64,000 bases of DNA from an uncultured virus (IMG/VR IMGVR_UViG_2061766007_000145) (IMGVR_UViG_2061766007_000145), one strand, 5' to 3'; counted from the first letter of the stretch, positions 42,206-52,949 are shown. The notes: a model not told the origin generated them from the letters alone. Numbers and translations: made by a program.

Positions 42206-44337
42206 TTACGCAATCTCGTAACGACCGATACCAGCATTAGTGCCAGACAGGATAATACCGGTACCCCACTTCTCGCCGAAGAAATACTCCTGAGTGAAGT
42301 CCGCGTTGTCAATGGGATTACCCATAATCATAATCGGATCACCCTCGTAGATTCTGTTGTGTTTAACTAAAGAAATAATATATTATGCATTTTAAGTTGT
42401 TAGAGCTCTCTCTGCGCTCCATCCAAGATAGACTCGTTTATACAATTTTTTGTATGGCATACCGAGTTCTTTTGCCCAATCAGATACACTCATTGTCTTC
42501 CCTTTATATGTGAGGTACCTCGTGTTTGTTCGGTTGTTAGCCTGCTCTGTCCATGTTGCCCATCTACAATTCTTGGGTTCGTAATTTCCATTAACGTCAA
42601 TTCTATCAATTGATAGGGTATCATCGTAGCCATGCGCGATCGACCAGTCACGGAATGTTTCGTAGCTTTCGTTCCACTCGTCACACACCTTGATACCGCG
42701 TCCGCCGTAATCAGAATAATTTTGAACATTAGGATTATTGCATCGTTTCCTCATATAATTCCATATCTTATATAATCTCGTCTTGCTTTCTCCATGTGTT
42801 GAAAACAGCTCTCTTGCTTTATCAGCCCGATGCCCAACATGACAACCACATGATACCGATGCTCCACTACGTAACGTTGTTCCGATTACGTCTCTGACAT
42901 TACCACACTCGCATCGACACTTCCACCTATGTACGTTATAACCCCTGTAATCCTTTAACGGCTCTGCCAATTCAATAACAGTCCACTTGCCAAATTTCAT
43001 CCCAGTCATATCAATAAATTTAGGCAAGTATTCACCTTCTTTTCGTTTTATTTTTTTGCATAATATATTAATTCAAGGATCGCTAATCCTGTCGGTATAA
43101 ATACCCTCTGCGTTTCCGCAGAGCACAGACTATATCTTCGTCTAAACAGACGTCTACCACTTCGACGACGCTTGCCGCCTACTCCCTTTTGGGATAGTCG
43201 TTGAACCTTCTCCTGTTTGGAGCTTGGCTGCTGATTGCCCATTGTTTAGTGTTTAGGATTTAACCTTGCACCATATTATAACTTTTTTCTGCTTTCGCAA
43301 CCGTCACGCTTAAAGCTGTTCGCTTTTACGTTGTGGTGTTATAACCTTTAGGGGTTTCCAGCAATTCGATAGAATATTATTCGCACACATCTCTGTATGC
43401 GCAGGCTATTTTACGCGGCGTGTGCCGTTTCTTTAACCTTAATGGGTTTCTCTCCGCCAGCAACAACGGTTATTACGTTGTCAGGCATGACAAACTGGGT
43501 GCTACCAATCTTATGTCTCTGCGGAATAGCAATAATATCAGTTCCGTAGAACTTACCATAGAAGCCGTTATTGTAAACATCCTCTCTCGCAGACTGACTA
43601 TTGTTAGCGGCAGTGCTGAACGGAGTGCTACCTACAAGCAGGTTGCGCACAGCCTTCTTTGTACCGATAATAGTAGCGGGCTGTCCGTTAGCACCAGCCT
43701 CTACATGTGCAATGAGGTCGAGCAGAGCGTCTTCGCTGTAAGTACCGGCAACCGCGCCGGGATTCGGATAGTATGTAGCACCGCCAAGCTGCGCCTGAGT
43801 TGCGCCGCTCCACAGACCGTAAATGTCATTGAGAAGCTTCTGCTTAAAGGATTCAGAAACCTTAGCAATCATAGCGTTGAAGTCTACTCTGTCAGCAAGA
43901 ACTCTGTTGAGCTCCTCATAGATTCTGACCACCTTGAGAGTTGTGGGGATGGAAACCTCAGACACACCGCTGAGTCTCTGACGTCTGATGCCCTGTGTGC
44001 CGTCAGCAGCTTCGGCTACGACGAACAGGTTGTTATCCTCGGTAAGAAATACGTTCTGATCGCCCTCTGCCACATTGCGGAAGTCAACAAACGAATTGAA
44101 GAACTCGTCACCCTGAAGCCCCTCGACAACGGTACGACTCAGAATTTCCTCGATAAGAGTGAAGAGACCGGAGCACTTACCGTCTCTGATGTCCTTGTAA
44201 TTAAGAGATGTCTTGCCGTTGTTTGCCTCGATAAGAGCCTGACGAAGTGTATCCTGAGACTGCTCTACGGAGTACTTCTCAACTCTGCCTTTGTAACCAT
44301 CAACGGCGAGCTTTACAATATCTTTCATATCAGCCAT
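42206..44337 (-). CDS. Major capsid protein, 349 aa after splicing
   Basis: Exons 44337-43436 and 42353-42206 total 1050 nt. Joined: KPIKV|IYEGDPIMIMGNP...GIGRYEIA*. Follows the protease and decoration genes; high-expression codon bias. Confidence 0.85.
42354..43435 (-). mobile_element. Group I intron in the capsid gene (1082 nt), HNH-type ORF in the P9 region
   Basis: P1 AGGU|/GCCU; R UUCAACGACUA; S GAAGAUAUAGUC (43139-43128); P9 CUCUGC-GGAAAC-GCAGAG; ends ACAACAG|A AUC UAC. Confidence 0.92.
42392..43027 (-). CDS. Intron-encoded HNH-like homing endonuclease
   Basis: CRCECG...SCGC, YGGRGIKVCDEW, LSIDRIDVNGNYEPKNCRWAT..EQANN. Confidence 0.8.
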   Translation of the reverse strand: MPKFIDMTGMKFGKWTVIELAEPLKDYRGYNVHRWKCRCECGNVRDVIGTTLRSGASVSCGCHVGHRADKARELFSTHGESKTRLYKIWNYMRKRCNNPNVQNYSDYGGRGIKVCDEWNESYETFRDWSIAHGYDDTLSIDRIDVNGNYEPKNCRWATWTEQANNRTNTRYLTYKGKTMSVSDWAKELGMPYKKLYKRVYLGWSAERALTT

Positions 44338-44362
44338 ATTATTTAACCTCCTTCATGTGTAA

Positions 44363-44887
44363 TTAGCCCACAAGAATAGCGTAGTAGGTATATCTGCCGA
44401 CAACATCGACAGCGATAACCCTACCAACGGTTGTGGAACCGGACGTTGCAGAAGCAACAACCTTGAGCTTAGTGTCTGCCTGAAGCTCGACAACATTGCC
44501 AACCTCGGGAGTTGCGGCAGCATCAAGAGCGTCAATTGTGACGGAGAAAATATCTCCCTTATGCAGACGATAACCTCTGCAAGCCTTACCTGCAACATTA
44601 ATGAACTCATTGAGATTGCGCTTTCTCTCGTCGTACATTACTTCAGGAGAGGCGATAAGTACAACCTCAGAAAGCTCAGAGTCGGCGGCGGGAACAACAC
44701 CCTCAAAGATTTCGCGCTCTCCATCCATCAGGTCACCGACCTTAAGGATTCTGCCGTTCTCAATTTCAGTCTCGGTCTTAACCGCAGACGCACCAGACCC
44801 AGTGGTAACGATATACTTGATAGATACCAGACCGGCTCTGACATCAGTGCCGAACATATTGTCCGTGCGAACAACACCATATGCCAT
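44363..44887 (-). CDS. Capsid decoration / accessory head protein
   Basis: 174 aa between the protease and the capsid gene; IENG....G, L.KGD.FSVT motifs. Confidence 0.6.
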   Translation of the reverse strand: MAYGVVRTDNMFGTDVRAGLVSIKYIVTTGSGASAVKTETEIENGRILKVGDLMDGEREIFEGVVPAADSELSEVVLIASPEVMYDERKRNLNEFINVAGKACRGYRLHKGDIFSVTIDALDAAATPEVGNVVELQADTKLKVVASATSGSTTVGRVIAVDVVGRYTYYAILVG

Positions 44888-44908
44888 AATGTTTTACCTC
44901 CTATTTTG

Positions 44909-46441
44909 TTACTTTTCTTTTGAATATTTCACAAACAAACCGCCATAAGGTTCGTCTGCGTCCTCGGGTCTTACGACCGCAATTTTTGGGACTGCGTTCT
45001 CAAGAGAGAATTTAGCCGCAGTGCCATATCTTCCTCTGAGCGCATAACATTTTTCTTCAAGCTCTTCGAGGGAGTATTTCATGCAATCCTGACAGAGCGT
45101 ATCAAAGCCTTCAATACCGGAAAGATCGGTGAACTTTGAGAACAATTCCTCGCGTTCACCCCTTGCGACGTTTTCATCAAAATCCGCCTTGAAGCGTCTG
45201 AGAACGCCAAGCTCTGACTCCATCCGTTTGATTGATTCGGTTGCATCTGAAAGCGACATCTTCATCTCTTCGTTGGCAGACTTCAGCTCTGACAAACTTG
45301 CTTCCGCAACAGCCTTTTCTGCAAATGCAGACTTGACATTTGCAAAACTTGATTCAAGCAGAGAACCTTGTTCTGCCCCGTCAAACTCGACGATGGTGTA
45401 CTTCATTCTCTTTTTGGAATCATAGTCAATGGAAACTGCGTCACCGTTAACAGTAAGCGCAAAGCCGTAAAGCAACATGTCGTCCGTGTCCCACGCATAT
45501 ACAGTCTTGCTCTCAATATCGCAATCAGCATACATATAACGAGGACATTCTCCCCAGTCGCATGTGACTGTAACTTTGCCAAGTTCACGAATAACTTCGC
45601 TTGTAAATCCTTCGACAAGCGCAAATTTCTGTTCCTCGTCAACGGGCTCATCGCTTACCGTCGAATCCCTTTCGGCGGGCTGTTCTGCCTGATAAGATTC
45701 AGACTCGATTTTTTCCTCCGTTTCAATCTTGGTTTCTTTTTCCAAATCATTTCCTCCTCTCGTAAGCTGATTAGCATTTATATCGTCAACCTCTATTGAG
45801 GTATTGACCAAATTAAAACTCTCCTTGAAATCTCGCATCATCTCTTGCATCTGTGATTCAAAATCCGCAGACGAAAATACTTCGATGGCGGAACTTTCAA
45901 AACAGGGCTTCACCCCAATAATCGCAAATGCAGTAAATTCAAAATCATTGACGTAATAAATTCCGTCTTTGAGTTCGCCACTCTTTACGTTGATTTCCAT
46001 TGAGTGAGCGCTGATTCCGTCGCGTTTAAGTTTTTGGTATCCTTCCTGCCGTTTCCAGAGCAGTACCTCCGTAAACAAATATTCTCGTTCCGTACCGTCG
46101 TCTTCAGTCACTGTATCCCACCAGTGCTTAGATGATTCACAAATTACACCGATAGGGGTGGTTACGTTGACCATATGAAGCCCGCCGGATGTATCTTTTA
46201 CAATTTCAACATCGTGACCGCCAAATGTATCCGTCTCTCTATCGTAATTGCACACGACAGGGCAGTTGTACATAGTGGCGATACATTTCTCAAATGTCTC
46301 TTTGGAGATGCAACTCTTGTTCTGATTTACTCCTGGGTACGCTATGCGAAGAACACCTTTATCAAATGACGAGTTAAGCGCACACATATCGGTGAGAGAT
46401 GATGCGTAGGTTATGCTCATAAATTTTCCCATCTCTATCAC
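44909..46441 (-). CDS. Prohead protease / scaffold
   Basis: FGGHD, LWKRQ, HSMEI, F.F.AF.IIG..PCFES N-terminal domain plus an acidic coiled-coil C-terminus. Confidence 0.75.
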   Translation of the reverse strand: MIEMGKFMSITYASSLTDMCALNSSFDKGVLRIAYPGVNQNKSCISKETFEKCIATMYNCPVVCNYDRETDTFGGHDVEIVKDTSGGLHMVNVTTPIGVICESSKHWWDTVTEDDGTEREYLFTEVLLWKRQEGYQKLKRDGISAHSMEINVKSGELKDGIYYVNDFEFTAFAIIGVKPCFESSAIEVFSSADFESQMQEMMRDFKESFNLVNTSIEVDDINANQLTRGGNDLEKETKIETEEKIESESYQAEQPAERDSTVSDEPVDEEQKFALVEGFTSEVIRELGKVTVTCDWGECPRYMYADCDIESKTVYAWDTDDMLLYGFALTVNGDAVSIDYDSKKRMKYTIVEFDGAEQGSLLESSFANVKSAFAEKAVAEASLSELKSANEEMKMSLSDATESIKRMESELGVLRRFKADFDENVARGEREELFSKFTDLSGIEGFDTLCQDCMKYSLEELEEKCYALRGRYGTAAKFSLENAVPKIAVVRPEDADEPYGGLFVKYSKEK

Positions 46442-46445
46442 CTAA

Positions 46446-46468
46446 TAAAAAGCCCGCGTTTAGCGGGT
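46446..46468 (-). terminator. Intrinsic terminator-like hairpin
   Basis: CCCGC-TAAAC-GCGGG followed by CTTTTT on the minus strand. Confidence 0.5.
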
Positions 46469-46471
46469 AGA

Positions 46472-46648
46472 TTAAAATGTCAGCTTATCTGACAAAATAT
46501 AACTGATGTCAAGTCCTTCTGGAGACGAATGTTCTTCGTTCAAAAACACATACATCTTATTTTGTTCATCTGATTTCAGCAAAAGAAATCCATTCAAAAG
46601 CATTTTATCCCTGTCTGCTTTACTAAAAACATAGATAAACTTATTCAT
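46472..46648 (-). CDS. Small conserved hypothetical protein
   Basis: MNKFIYVFS..DRDK.L..GF.LLK......Y.F.N...SDKLTF. Confidence 0.6.
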   Translation of the reverse strand: MNKFIYVFSKADRDKMLLNGFLLLKSDEQNKMYVFLNEEHSSPEGLDISYILSDKLTF

Positions 46649-46659
46649 TCTGTTTCTCC

Positions 46660-48174
46660 TTACCAATCGTCAGAGTCTTCAGAAGACTGTTCTCCGCTGT
46701 CTGTTAATTCTCCGATGTCTTTTTTTGGAGCGCCGCCTTCATCAGTAGCCCCTTTGCTTTCCAGATCGTTAGAACTCATTTGCGTGGAACTCTGTATGGG
46801 TCTGAACATATCCTGAAGCCCGAGTACCGTTCCCTCAAGGAAACTCATAGAGTCAAGCTCTGCCTGTCCGATTCCTTGTGACGCTGAGTAAGCACTAATT
46901 GTTGGGAGCCCATATGACGCAGCTTTGAGGTAAGCGTCTCCAACTTCCTTTCGATTAAGCGGAGAGACATCAAGGAAATTCACTTTGAAATTTTTGCCAT
47001 ATCCCTGAGATTGAATAAACCTGTTTATCGCATCCTCAACACTTTTAACAATTCCGTATGTCAACGCTTGGTCTGCTTTGATAGAAAGCAATAATGCGTT
47101 TGCGCTTGCTTTACTGTTATTGAAGAGCAAAGATGATACGCCCGCCGCTGTAAACAAATTCTGTTCAGCAGCGGAAATAGTATCAGTGTCCCCCGTGTTC
47201 GATTTCTCAAAGCTGATTTTGCTAATTGGCATGGGAGTAAGAACTGAGCCGACTTCTTCCGGCAGAACCGCATCGAGGTTGCGCCAGAAGTCTTTCGCTT
47301 TGTCATAGTCGATTCCCCAGTTGCCGTCCTCGTCCATCGGTAATGTCATGGCAAGCATGGCGTAGTTTTCAAGCTCTGTTTTGGTAAGCTTTAACGCACG
47401 GTAATCCTCAAGCTCGTAGATTTCTCTGAGTATTCCCATAAGCGGCGGTATGGCATACTCAGGAATGTCCGCAGCGCATTTTATCGCAAATGACAACGGA
47501 GAGTTGAGTTCTATCCATCTATTCTTCCGCTCCTTTTGATACAGCCTATACTTTTCGCTGAACTCAACAGGATAGTATTCAAGAAGCTCTGGGTGAGCGT
47601 CAAAATACGAGAAGTCAAATGTGACGTTAAATACATTACCTTCGATAGATGAAATAGCGCACTGATTGCTCGGGAGAATCTGCATTATCACGCTGTCCGA
47701 AGTAACGTGCATAGTTACAAAAACCACGTCTTCTCTCAGACAAATGGTAAGTAGCTTTGGAATTTGCGATTTGATTTTCATTGATTCCAGTGTACTTAAA
47801 ACCTTCCGGTAGTTGTTTCCGATTATTCTGGCGTTCGCCTTTCTTGGGTCAATCCTGTATGGCTCAACTATATAGGACAAATCCGACAAACCAACGAAAT
47901 ACTGAATCAGCCTTCTGAAGTGAGGACTCGCCCCGTAAATATATCTCACAGCCATACGAAGCTGCTTTTCGTATCTATACGGATTTGAAAGATACTCGGC
48001 TATCTGACTTTTTGTGTAAAGCGAAAACGTAGGAGTAATTCGATAATTGTTCAGGTCTCGTGTAATAAGTTTGTTAATCGCAGCGAACCTGCTTGAGATA
48101 CCTATACATCCGCTACCGAAGTTTTCATTTCGTATTCGTTTTTCAGAAACGGTTTCCTCCGTATCCAAACGCAC
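46660..48174 (-). CDS. Portal protein
   Basis: About 500 aa directly after the terminase; AGVS..LF motif and acidic GGAPKK...D.G tail. Confidence 0.8.
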   Translation of the reverse strand: MRLDTEETVSEKRIRNENFGSGCIGISSRFAAINKLITRDLNNYRITPTFSLYTKSQIAEYLSNPYRYEKQLRMAVRYIYGASPHFRRLIQYFVGLSDLSYIVEPYRIDPRKANARIIGNNYRKVLSTLESMKIKSQIPKLLTICLREDVVFVTMHVTSDSVIMQILPSNQCAISSIEGNVFNVTFDFSYFDAHPELLEYYPVEFSEKYRLYQKERKNRWIELNSPLSFAIKCAADIPEYAIPPLMGILREIYELEDYRALKLTKTELENYAMLAMTLPMDEDGNWGIDYDKAKDFWRNLDAVLPEEVGSVLTPMPISKISFEKSNTGDTDTISAAEQNLFTAAGVSSLLFNNSKASANALLLSIKADQALTYGIVKSVEDAINRFIQSQGYGKNFKVNFLDVSPLNRKEVGDAYLKAASYGLPTISAYSASQGIGQAELDSMSFLEGTVLGLQDMFRPIQSSTQMSSNDLESKGATDEGGAPKKDIGELTDSGEQSSEDSDDW

Positions 48175-49924
48175 TCACCGCCTTTCCTTTATACGCCGGT
48201 GGCTTGATAATAAACATATCCTTACCGCTCGACGAAGATTTGTTTTTTTTGTTCAATTTATTTTCAAGCTGAATTGCAACATAATAGTTGTATGACAGAC
48301 TGGAATACCTGTCCTTTCGCATCCCCGACTTTTCAGATATTCGTATTTTTCCGCCCGCTTCTTCGTGTTCGAGATTCACGAGCTCATCAATCAATAAAGT
48401 TGTGTGAATATACGGTAACCGAAACTTTAGTTTATCCGTAGGGCTTAATGACGAATATCCTTTGAGTGCTGAAAGCGCTTCTTCGGCATCGTACTCATTT
48501 AAGAGCAGCCGGATTCTTCCACTTCTAAATCCCTCACGAAGTAAAAAAGCGCAGTCCGAATTGAACTGTGCGTTTGCTTTGATTGCCCATATTACTTTCT
48601 TTGCTCCGGGAACTGTACATCTCGCAGCCATCTCGGGGTTGTTACAACACGACAGAGCCGGATAAATCTCACCCGTATTGCTATCTACAATATCACCGGC
48701 GAGAGCATCATAGCACCCTAAACCTATACCGCTCGCGTCGATTACAAGATAGTCGCAGCTATATTCGTCAAATAGCTTTCTGATCTTCAAGGCTTGCGCG
48801 TCTGTCCTTAAACCCTCATCGACATCGGGATATACAATGTTGCTTGAATACCTGCCTGCCTTTGTCGGAATGAGCCGATTAATAAAAATTGAAGCAGCAT
48901 CGTTCTTGTGCTTCTTGCTTGACATAAGCGCTATATCAGCTGACAATATTCGTATCTCTCCGTTTTGTTTCGGCGGGATTCGTACTAACGGAGACGGGAG
49001 CTTCGACGATAGGTTATCCGGGAGCAGGGGATATTTGATGTTCCTATTTTTGGATATGGAATCAAAGTCGAAGAAAGCGTCTTCGGCAGAGCCGTAAAAC
49101 ATTGCCTCCATTTCCATACCAAACTTTATTTCGCTAAAGTCGCTCTCCGCCATATCGTCTATCACAGAGTCAGGGTCGAGCAAACCCTCTTCTAAAGCTA
49201 ACTGATAAGGAAACCCGCAAATAAACTGTTTTCTCTTGCCGCTTATCATAGCGGCGTATGTATCTTCGCATTTTGTATAAGCCCAGTGGTCTTTGAAATA
49301 AGCAGAGCTGAGATATACAGTAAGGTTCTTCTCTTTGTTGTACTCTGCTTTTCTTTCTTCGTCCGTGAGCTTTACATAGTCCGGGAGTCTTCTGTATGTA
49401 AGGAATTTTCTCAGGATTGTGTCAATAACATCTTTGGATATTAATCTGAACTCATCAAGAAGTAGTACGTTACAACGATTACCTCTACTGCTGTCTGAGG
49501 CTGTTACTACTTTGATTACGCTCGTGTTCTTGAATACAATTTGCCCAACGGTATTATTAACTTTTGTTTCTTTCCAGTCTATCTCCGCTCTGAGTTCCTC
49601 AGATCTCGGAACAAGCTCTTGTATTATTTTTTCAAGTACAAGAATCGCCTGCCCCCTTGTCCCGGACGCAATACAAATCTTTGTACCGGGATATAAAATA
49701 CACCGTATTGCGCAGTAGATAGCACTTAAAAAGGTCTTTCCCAAGCCTCTGGCTGCTATCCAAACAAAGATATTTACCCAAAACATCATTACAAGTGAAA
49801 ATTTTTGAAATCTTTTTAGGTTAAGATGGAGATAGTCTTTTGCACACTTGTCAGGGTTATACCTATAATACGCTCCCCAAAATGCAGCGCCCCTCAAAAC
49901 CTTTTCATATCTCGTCATCTTCAT
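48143..49924 (-). CDS. terL: Terminase large subunit
   Basis: Walker A ARGLGKT, Walker B LLLDE, motif III YLSSA, nuclease SADIA...DA.G.G...KDRYSS. The start is 49924 or 49918. Confidence 0.9.
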   Translation of the reverse strand: MKMTRYEKVLRGAAFWGAYYRYNPDKCAKDYLHLNLKRFQKFSLVMMFWVNIFVWIAARGLGKTFLSAIYCAIRCILYPGTKICIASGTRGQAILVLEKIIQELVPRSEELRAEIDWKETKVNNTVGQIVFKNTSVIKVVTASDSSRGNRCNVLLLDEFRLISKDVIDTILRKFLTYRRLPDYVKLTDEERKAEYNKEKNLTVYLSSAYFKDHWAYTKCEDTYAAMISGKRKQFICGFPYQLALEEGLLDPDSVIDDMAESDFSEIKFGMEMEAMFYGSAEDAFFDFDSISKNRNIKYPLLPDNLSSKLPSPLVRIPPKQNGEIRILSADIALMSSKKHKNDAASIFINRLIPTKAGRYSSNIVYPDVDEGLRTDAQALKIRKLFDEYSCDYLVIDASGIGLGCYDALAGDIVDSNTGEIYPALSCCNNPEMAARCTVPGAKKVIWAIKANAQFNSDCAFLLREGFRSGRIRLLLNEYDAEEALSALKGYSSLSPTDKLKFRLPYIHTTLLIDELVNLEHEEAGGKIRISEKSGMRKDRYSSLSYNYYVAIQLENKLNKKNKSSSSGKDMFIIKPPAYKGKAVSAFGYGGNRF

Positions 49925-50933
49925 CGCCGCCACTGTCATCATAACCTTCGAGCGCGTCCATGAGGAAATCCTCATCGTCTTCATCGGCGAACTCGGGTCT
50001 TTCAATCCTCAGTCTTTCTATTTCTTCTTCATACATTTTGGAAAATCCGTTTTTCTTGTTAAGCATTTTGAAAACGTGCCCCAACCAAGTAAAGAAATAT
50101 TTAAGCAAGTGATTAACGTCTTTTAAATCATCGTCCACTTCAGGCAAAGGACGCTCGTGTTCCCACCGACGTATCCATACGCCAAGCGGGTTGGTCAGAA
50201 CGTCAGAGTCAACATCTCCGCTCTGTCTCTGGGATGGCTTGAAGTTCAAGCTGCCAAGCAGATTATTCAAAACCGTAACGCTCTTATCCACACTCTTACC
50301 TTGTGATCTATCTCTGCTTATATCCATTTCCATAGAGCACACCTGCTTCAGCAGGGCTTCTGTGCCAATGTCTATGTCAGCATCCTTTGGAAACTTCGAT
50401 AGCCAATAAGAGTAACGCTTCTCAAGTTCAACATACATTTCAGGAGTATACCCTGTTCCCCAGAAGTTAACGGCATCCTCAGAAACGCTCTCTGGAGATG
50501 TAGCCGATGTATGCCCGACGGAAGAATGGTTGGATAGTCTATTTTGTGACAGTCCAAAAGTCCACAGCGTGCCCTCTTTCTCAAGTGTGTCATCGTAACA
50601 TCGTCCTGCGTATGATAGGCTGTTTGTCTTCGTAATGTAATTTGTTATCACCGATTTGGTAGAGCTTTTCACAACCGCAATCTTGAACAGCTCTTCATCC
50701 CAATATAAGTCAAGCTTCCGGCAAACCTGCCTAACGGCTGTTTCTGTATCGTTACATTCTGATAGATATTTTCTGTAAAGCTTATCAAGGCACTCTTTGC
50801 ATACAGGAATATAGCCCAATCCTTTATACATAGCAGCGTAGCTTACCGGAAAATTTCCCTTATATTTTGAAAACGCCTTGCCACATTTTGAGCACCGCGC
50901 CCTATCTGTATTAACTTCCATCGGCAATATCAA
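49905..50933 (-). CDS. Zn-finger protein upstream of terL (candidate terminase small subunit)
   Basis: CSKC...CKEC, WG.GY, LGVWI..WE..RP; position. Confidence 0.55.
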   Translation of the reverse strand: MILPMEVNTDRARCSKCGKAFSKYKGNFPVSYAAMYKGLGYIPVCKECLDKLYRKYLSECNDTETAVRQVCRKLDLYWDEELFKIAVVKSSTKSVITNYITKTNSLSYAGRCYDDTLEKEGTLWTFGLSQNRLSNHSSVGHTSATSPESVSEDAVNFWGTGYTPEMYVELEKRYSYWLSKFPKDADIDIGTEALLKQVCSMEMDISRDRSQGKSVDKSVTVLNNLLGSLNFKPSQRQSGDVDSDVLTNPLGVWIRRWEHERPLPEVDDDLKDVNHLLKYFFTWLGHVFKMLNKKNGFSKMYEEEIERLRIERPEFADEDDEDFLMDALEGYDDSGGDEDDEI

Positions 50934-51421
50934 TCACCGCCCTCGTCGTCCTCAAAAATCGGCAGTGGTTCGTGCGAGATTTTTTCGTTCAGTGACATTT
51001 CATAAAGTTTTGCACACCTGCGAAGATCATTTCCAAATGCAAACTTTGGAATATACCGTGCATCTACTGCAACCCATTCATCGGTTCCCGGCATCTTTGT
51101 AGCTCTTTTCTTTCTGTACTTCAAACCAAGGGTTCCAAATCCTCTAATAGTAACTTCATCGCCTCTCGTCAGAGCCTTTTCGACAGTTTCAACAAGCGCG
51201 TCAATTACAGCTTCGACATCACCCTCGGTATACATAACAGTCTTTTCGGTCTGACGCACAGAGAAATCCTTGCTGTGTCCCTCTGAATCTGTAATGCGAA
51301 AAGTTTGCTTCGGCACATATATTGGCTTTCGTACATCGTTCTCTCTCATGGTCTGCGCGACCAGATGAGATAGTTCCTTTTTATTCATTTCCCTTTTCTC
51401 CTTTGATTTCTTTTTACTCAC
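50930..51421 (-). CDS. HU/IHF-family DNA-binding protein with an insertion
   Basis: MNKKEL...A, L..GDEV.IRGFGT, PGT.E...V.A...PKF..G..L. Confidence 0.85.
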   Translation of the reverse strand: MSKKKSKEKREMNKKELSHLVAQTMRENDVRKPIYVPKQTFRITDSEGHSKDFSVRQTEKTVMYTEGDVEAVIDALVETVEKALTRGDEVTIRGFGTLGLKYRKKRATKMPGTDEWVAVDARYIPKFAFGNDLRRCAKLYEMSLNEKISHEPLPIFEDDEGGD

Positions 51422-52691
51422 ACTTCAAAGCATATTCGGCGTCAATACCCTCTACCTCGTTTACAATTAATAAAAGCTGGGATGGCTGTGAGTATAGCCT
51501 TTTTGTATTCGCGTATTCATCTGTACCGCAAAGAGAGCCGCAAATACGAGCGGTAGCATTAAGCCCCTCAAAACTCTCTCTGTGGTGTTTGTCGCCAAGC
51601 AATATGTATTCTACGTTCAAGTGAAATTTAGTACGCAACAAAGATGGCAACAACTGTGTTGCTGAACGAGGGTTGTCTAAATCGCCATGAACGGCAACTA
51701 TGTCATGTCCGCGCGCTCGGATAAAACAAAACTCCGTACCAGTGTCCGGAGCAATAGAAATATTCAAGTCTTCGTTACGCTTCCAGCATTCAGCAGCGAT
51801 TCGCTGTTCAAGCCAGCTCGGAATAACTCTCTCCCAATTGTCTCTGTGAATATTGTCTGTCTTGTTAGGCATTACCCTCAGATGATTCCCGTAAGTACAG
51901 TGAACCTCAATATTGGGTATGATTGAGTAAAGCTCGAGGACTGTCTGAGCCAGTATCTCAGCTACCTGCAAAAATTGATCGACAACCAACTCTTCTGAGG
52001 CTACCCGCGTTCCGGTGTGACAATGCCCATGTGCGCCGTCACCAAGAAAAACTATGTATAATTTGTTGCACCCATGAAGAGCTATTCTTTCTTTGGCTTT
52101 TTCTGTCGTTGTTCTTACACGAGCCTTACATATTTCCGTGTTATATTCGTTGAATGCATTATTTGTAATCATGCCGTAATGCCAGTCGCTCAATACGAGT
52201 ATCGCTTCATTCTCGCTGTCCGGCAACGTGTATGTTACATCACTCGGTTCGAATATTGTACCTACCGAATCCGGGAGCCTTTTGGCGGCTTCGAGAAGTT
52301 CATCACGGAGATGTTCCCACCTGCCATCCGAGTTCATCATCTTCCTGTACTCTCTTGCCTGATCTCTCGTTCTTTGTGTTTGCTTCTGAAGTTCAATAAT
52401 CTTGTCATTAATCTCAGATGTAATGTCATCTTTTGTCGCATTATCAATTCTCTGAGAACCCAAAAGCTCAAGTGTATATCTGCTCCCATACGCCATGCGC
52501 CTTGCTACGTCGCTCGAATATCTTTTGCCGTACATCAGTTCGGACAACTCGGCATAATCCATATCGGACAAGGTGTGATCAACGAGCTTGCCATAAACCA
52601 GCCTCTTGTGATAGTCAAGCTCGGATTCATTATCCCTTCTTGTTATTTCTATGAGAGCCAGCCTCCTCTGCCGTTCCTCGCATGGTGTCAA
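51414..52691 (-). CDS. Calcineurin-like metallophosphoesterase
   Basis: LSDWHYG, LGD..HG, GNH, VHGD, GD.HH, GSLCG.DEYA. Confidence 0.85.
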   Translation of the reverse strand: MTPCEERQRRLALIEITRRDNESELDYHKRLVYGKLVDHTLSDMDYAELSELMYGKRYSSDVARRMAYGSRYTLELLGSQRIDNATKDDITSEINDKIIELQKQTQRTRDQAREYRKMMNSDGRWEHLRDELLEAAKRLPDSVGTIFEPSDVTYTLPDSENEAILVLSDWHYGMITNNAFNEYNTEICKARVRTTTEKAKERIALHGCNKLYIVFLGDGAHGHCHTGTRVASEELVVDQFLQVAEILAQTVLELYSIIPNIEVHCTYGNHLRVMPNKTDNIHRDNWERVIPSWLEQRIAAECWKRNEDLNISIAPDTGTEFCFIRARGHDIVAVHGDLDNPRSATQLLPSLLRTKFHLNVEYILLGDKHHRESFEGLNATARICGSLCGTDEYANTKRLYSQPSQLLLIVNEVEGIDAEYALKCE

Positions 52692-52842
52692 GCAATTTGA
52701 CTATACGAGATGTTTCCTCACAAAAATAATGTCCTCTCTTGGATTTCTGCTTCATTGTCCTGACGATATGAGTATCAGGATACACCTTCAAAATAGCTTC
52801 TTTTTCCGCTTTGTTAATAGCGATCATTGTTGAATACTTCAT
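52630..52842 (-). CDS. Small basic hypothetical protein
   Basis: I.INK.EK..I...YP...IVRTMKQKSKR.HYFCEE. Confidence 0.6.
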   Translation of the reverse strand: MKYSTMIAINKAEKEAILKVYPDTHIVRTMKQKSKRGHYFCEETSRIVKLLDTMRGTAEEAGSHRNNKKG

Positions 52843-52904
52843 TCCTTTTGTTCTTTTATTTGGCAGAAAACAAAAACATATATTCCCTACCATTATAGTA
52901 TTTC

Positions 52905-52949
52905 ATCAAAAACCCCGCGAAGCCCTAAAATTGGAGCCTTGCGGGGTTT
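52905..52949 (-). terminator. Terminator-like hairpin after the 52975-53736 gene
   Basis: AACCCCGC...GCGGGGTT inverted repeat with a T-run on the minus strand. Confidence 0.5.

Noticed and set aside
37451..44346. Long plus-strand ORFs (37451-38230, 43420-44346) antisense to the tail and capsid genes
   Set aside because: Shadow ORFs produced by strong codon bias of highly expressed genes; no RBS or motifs recognised.
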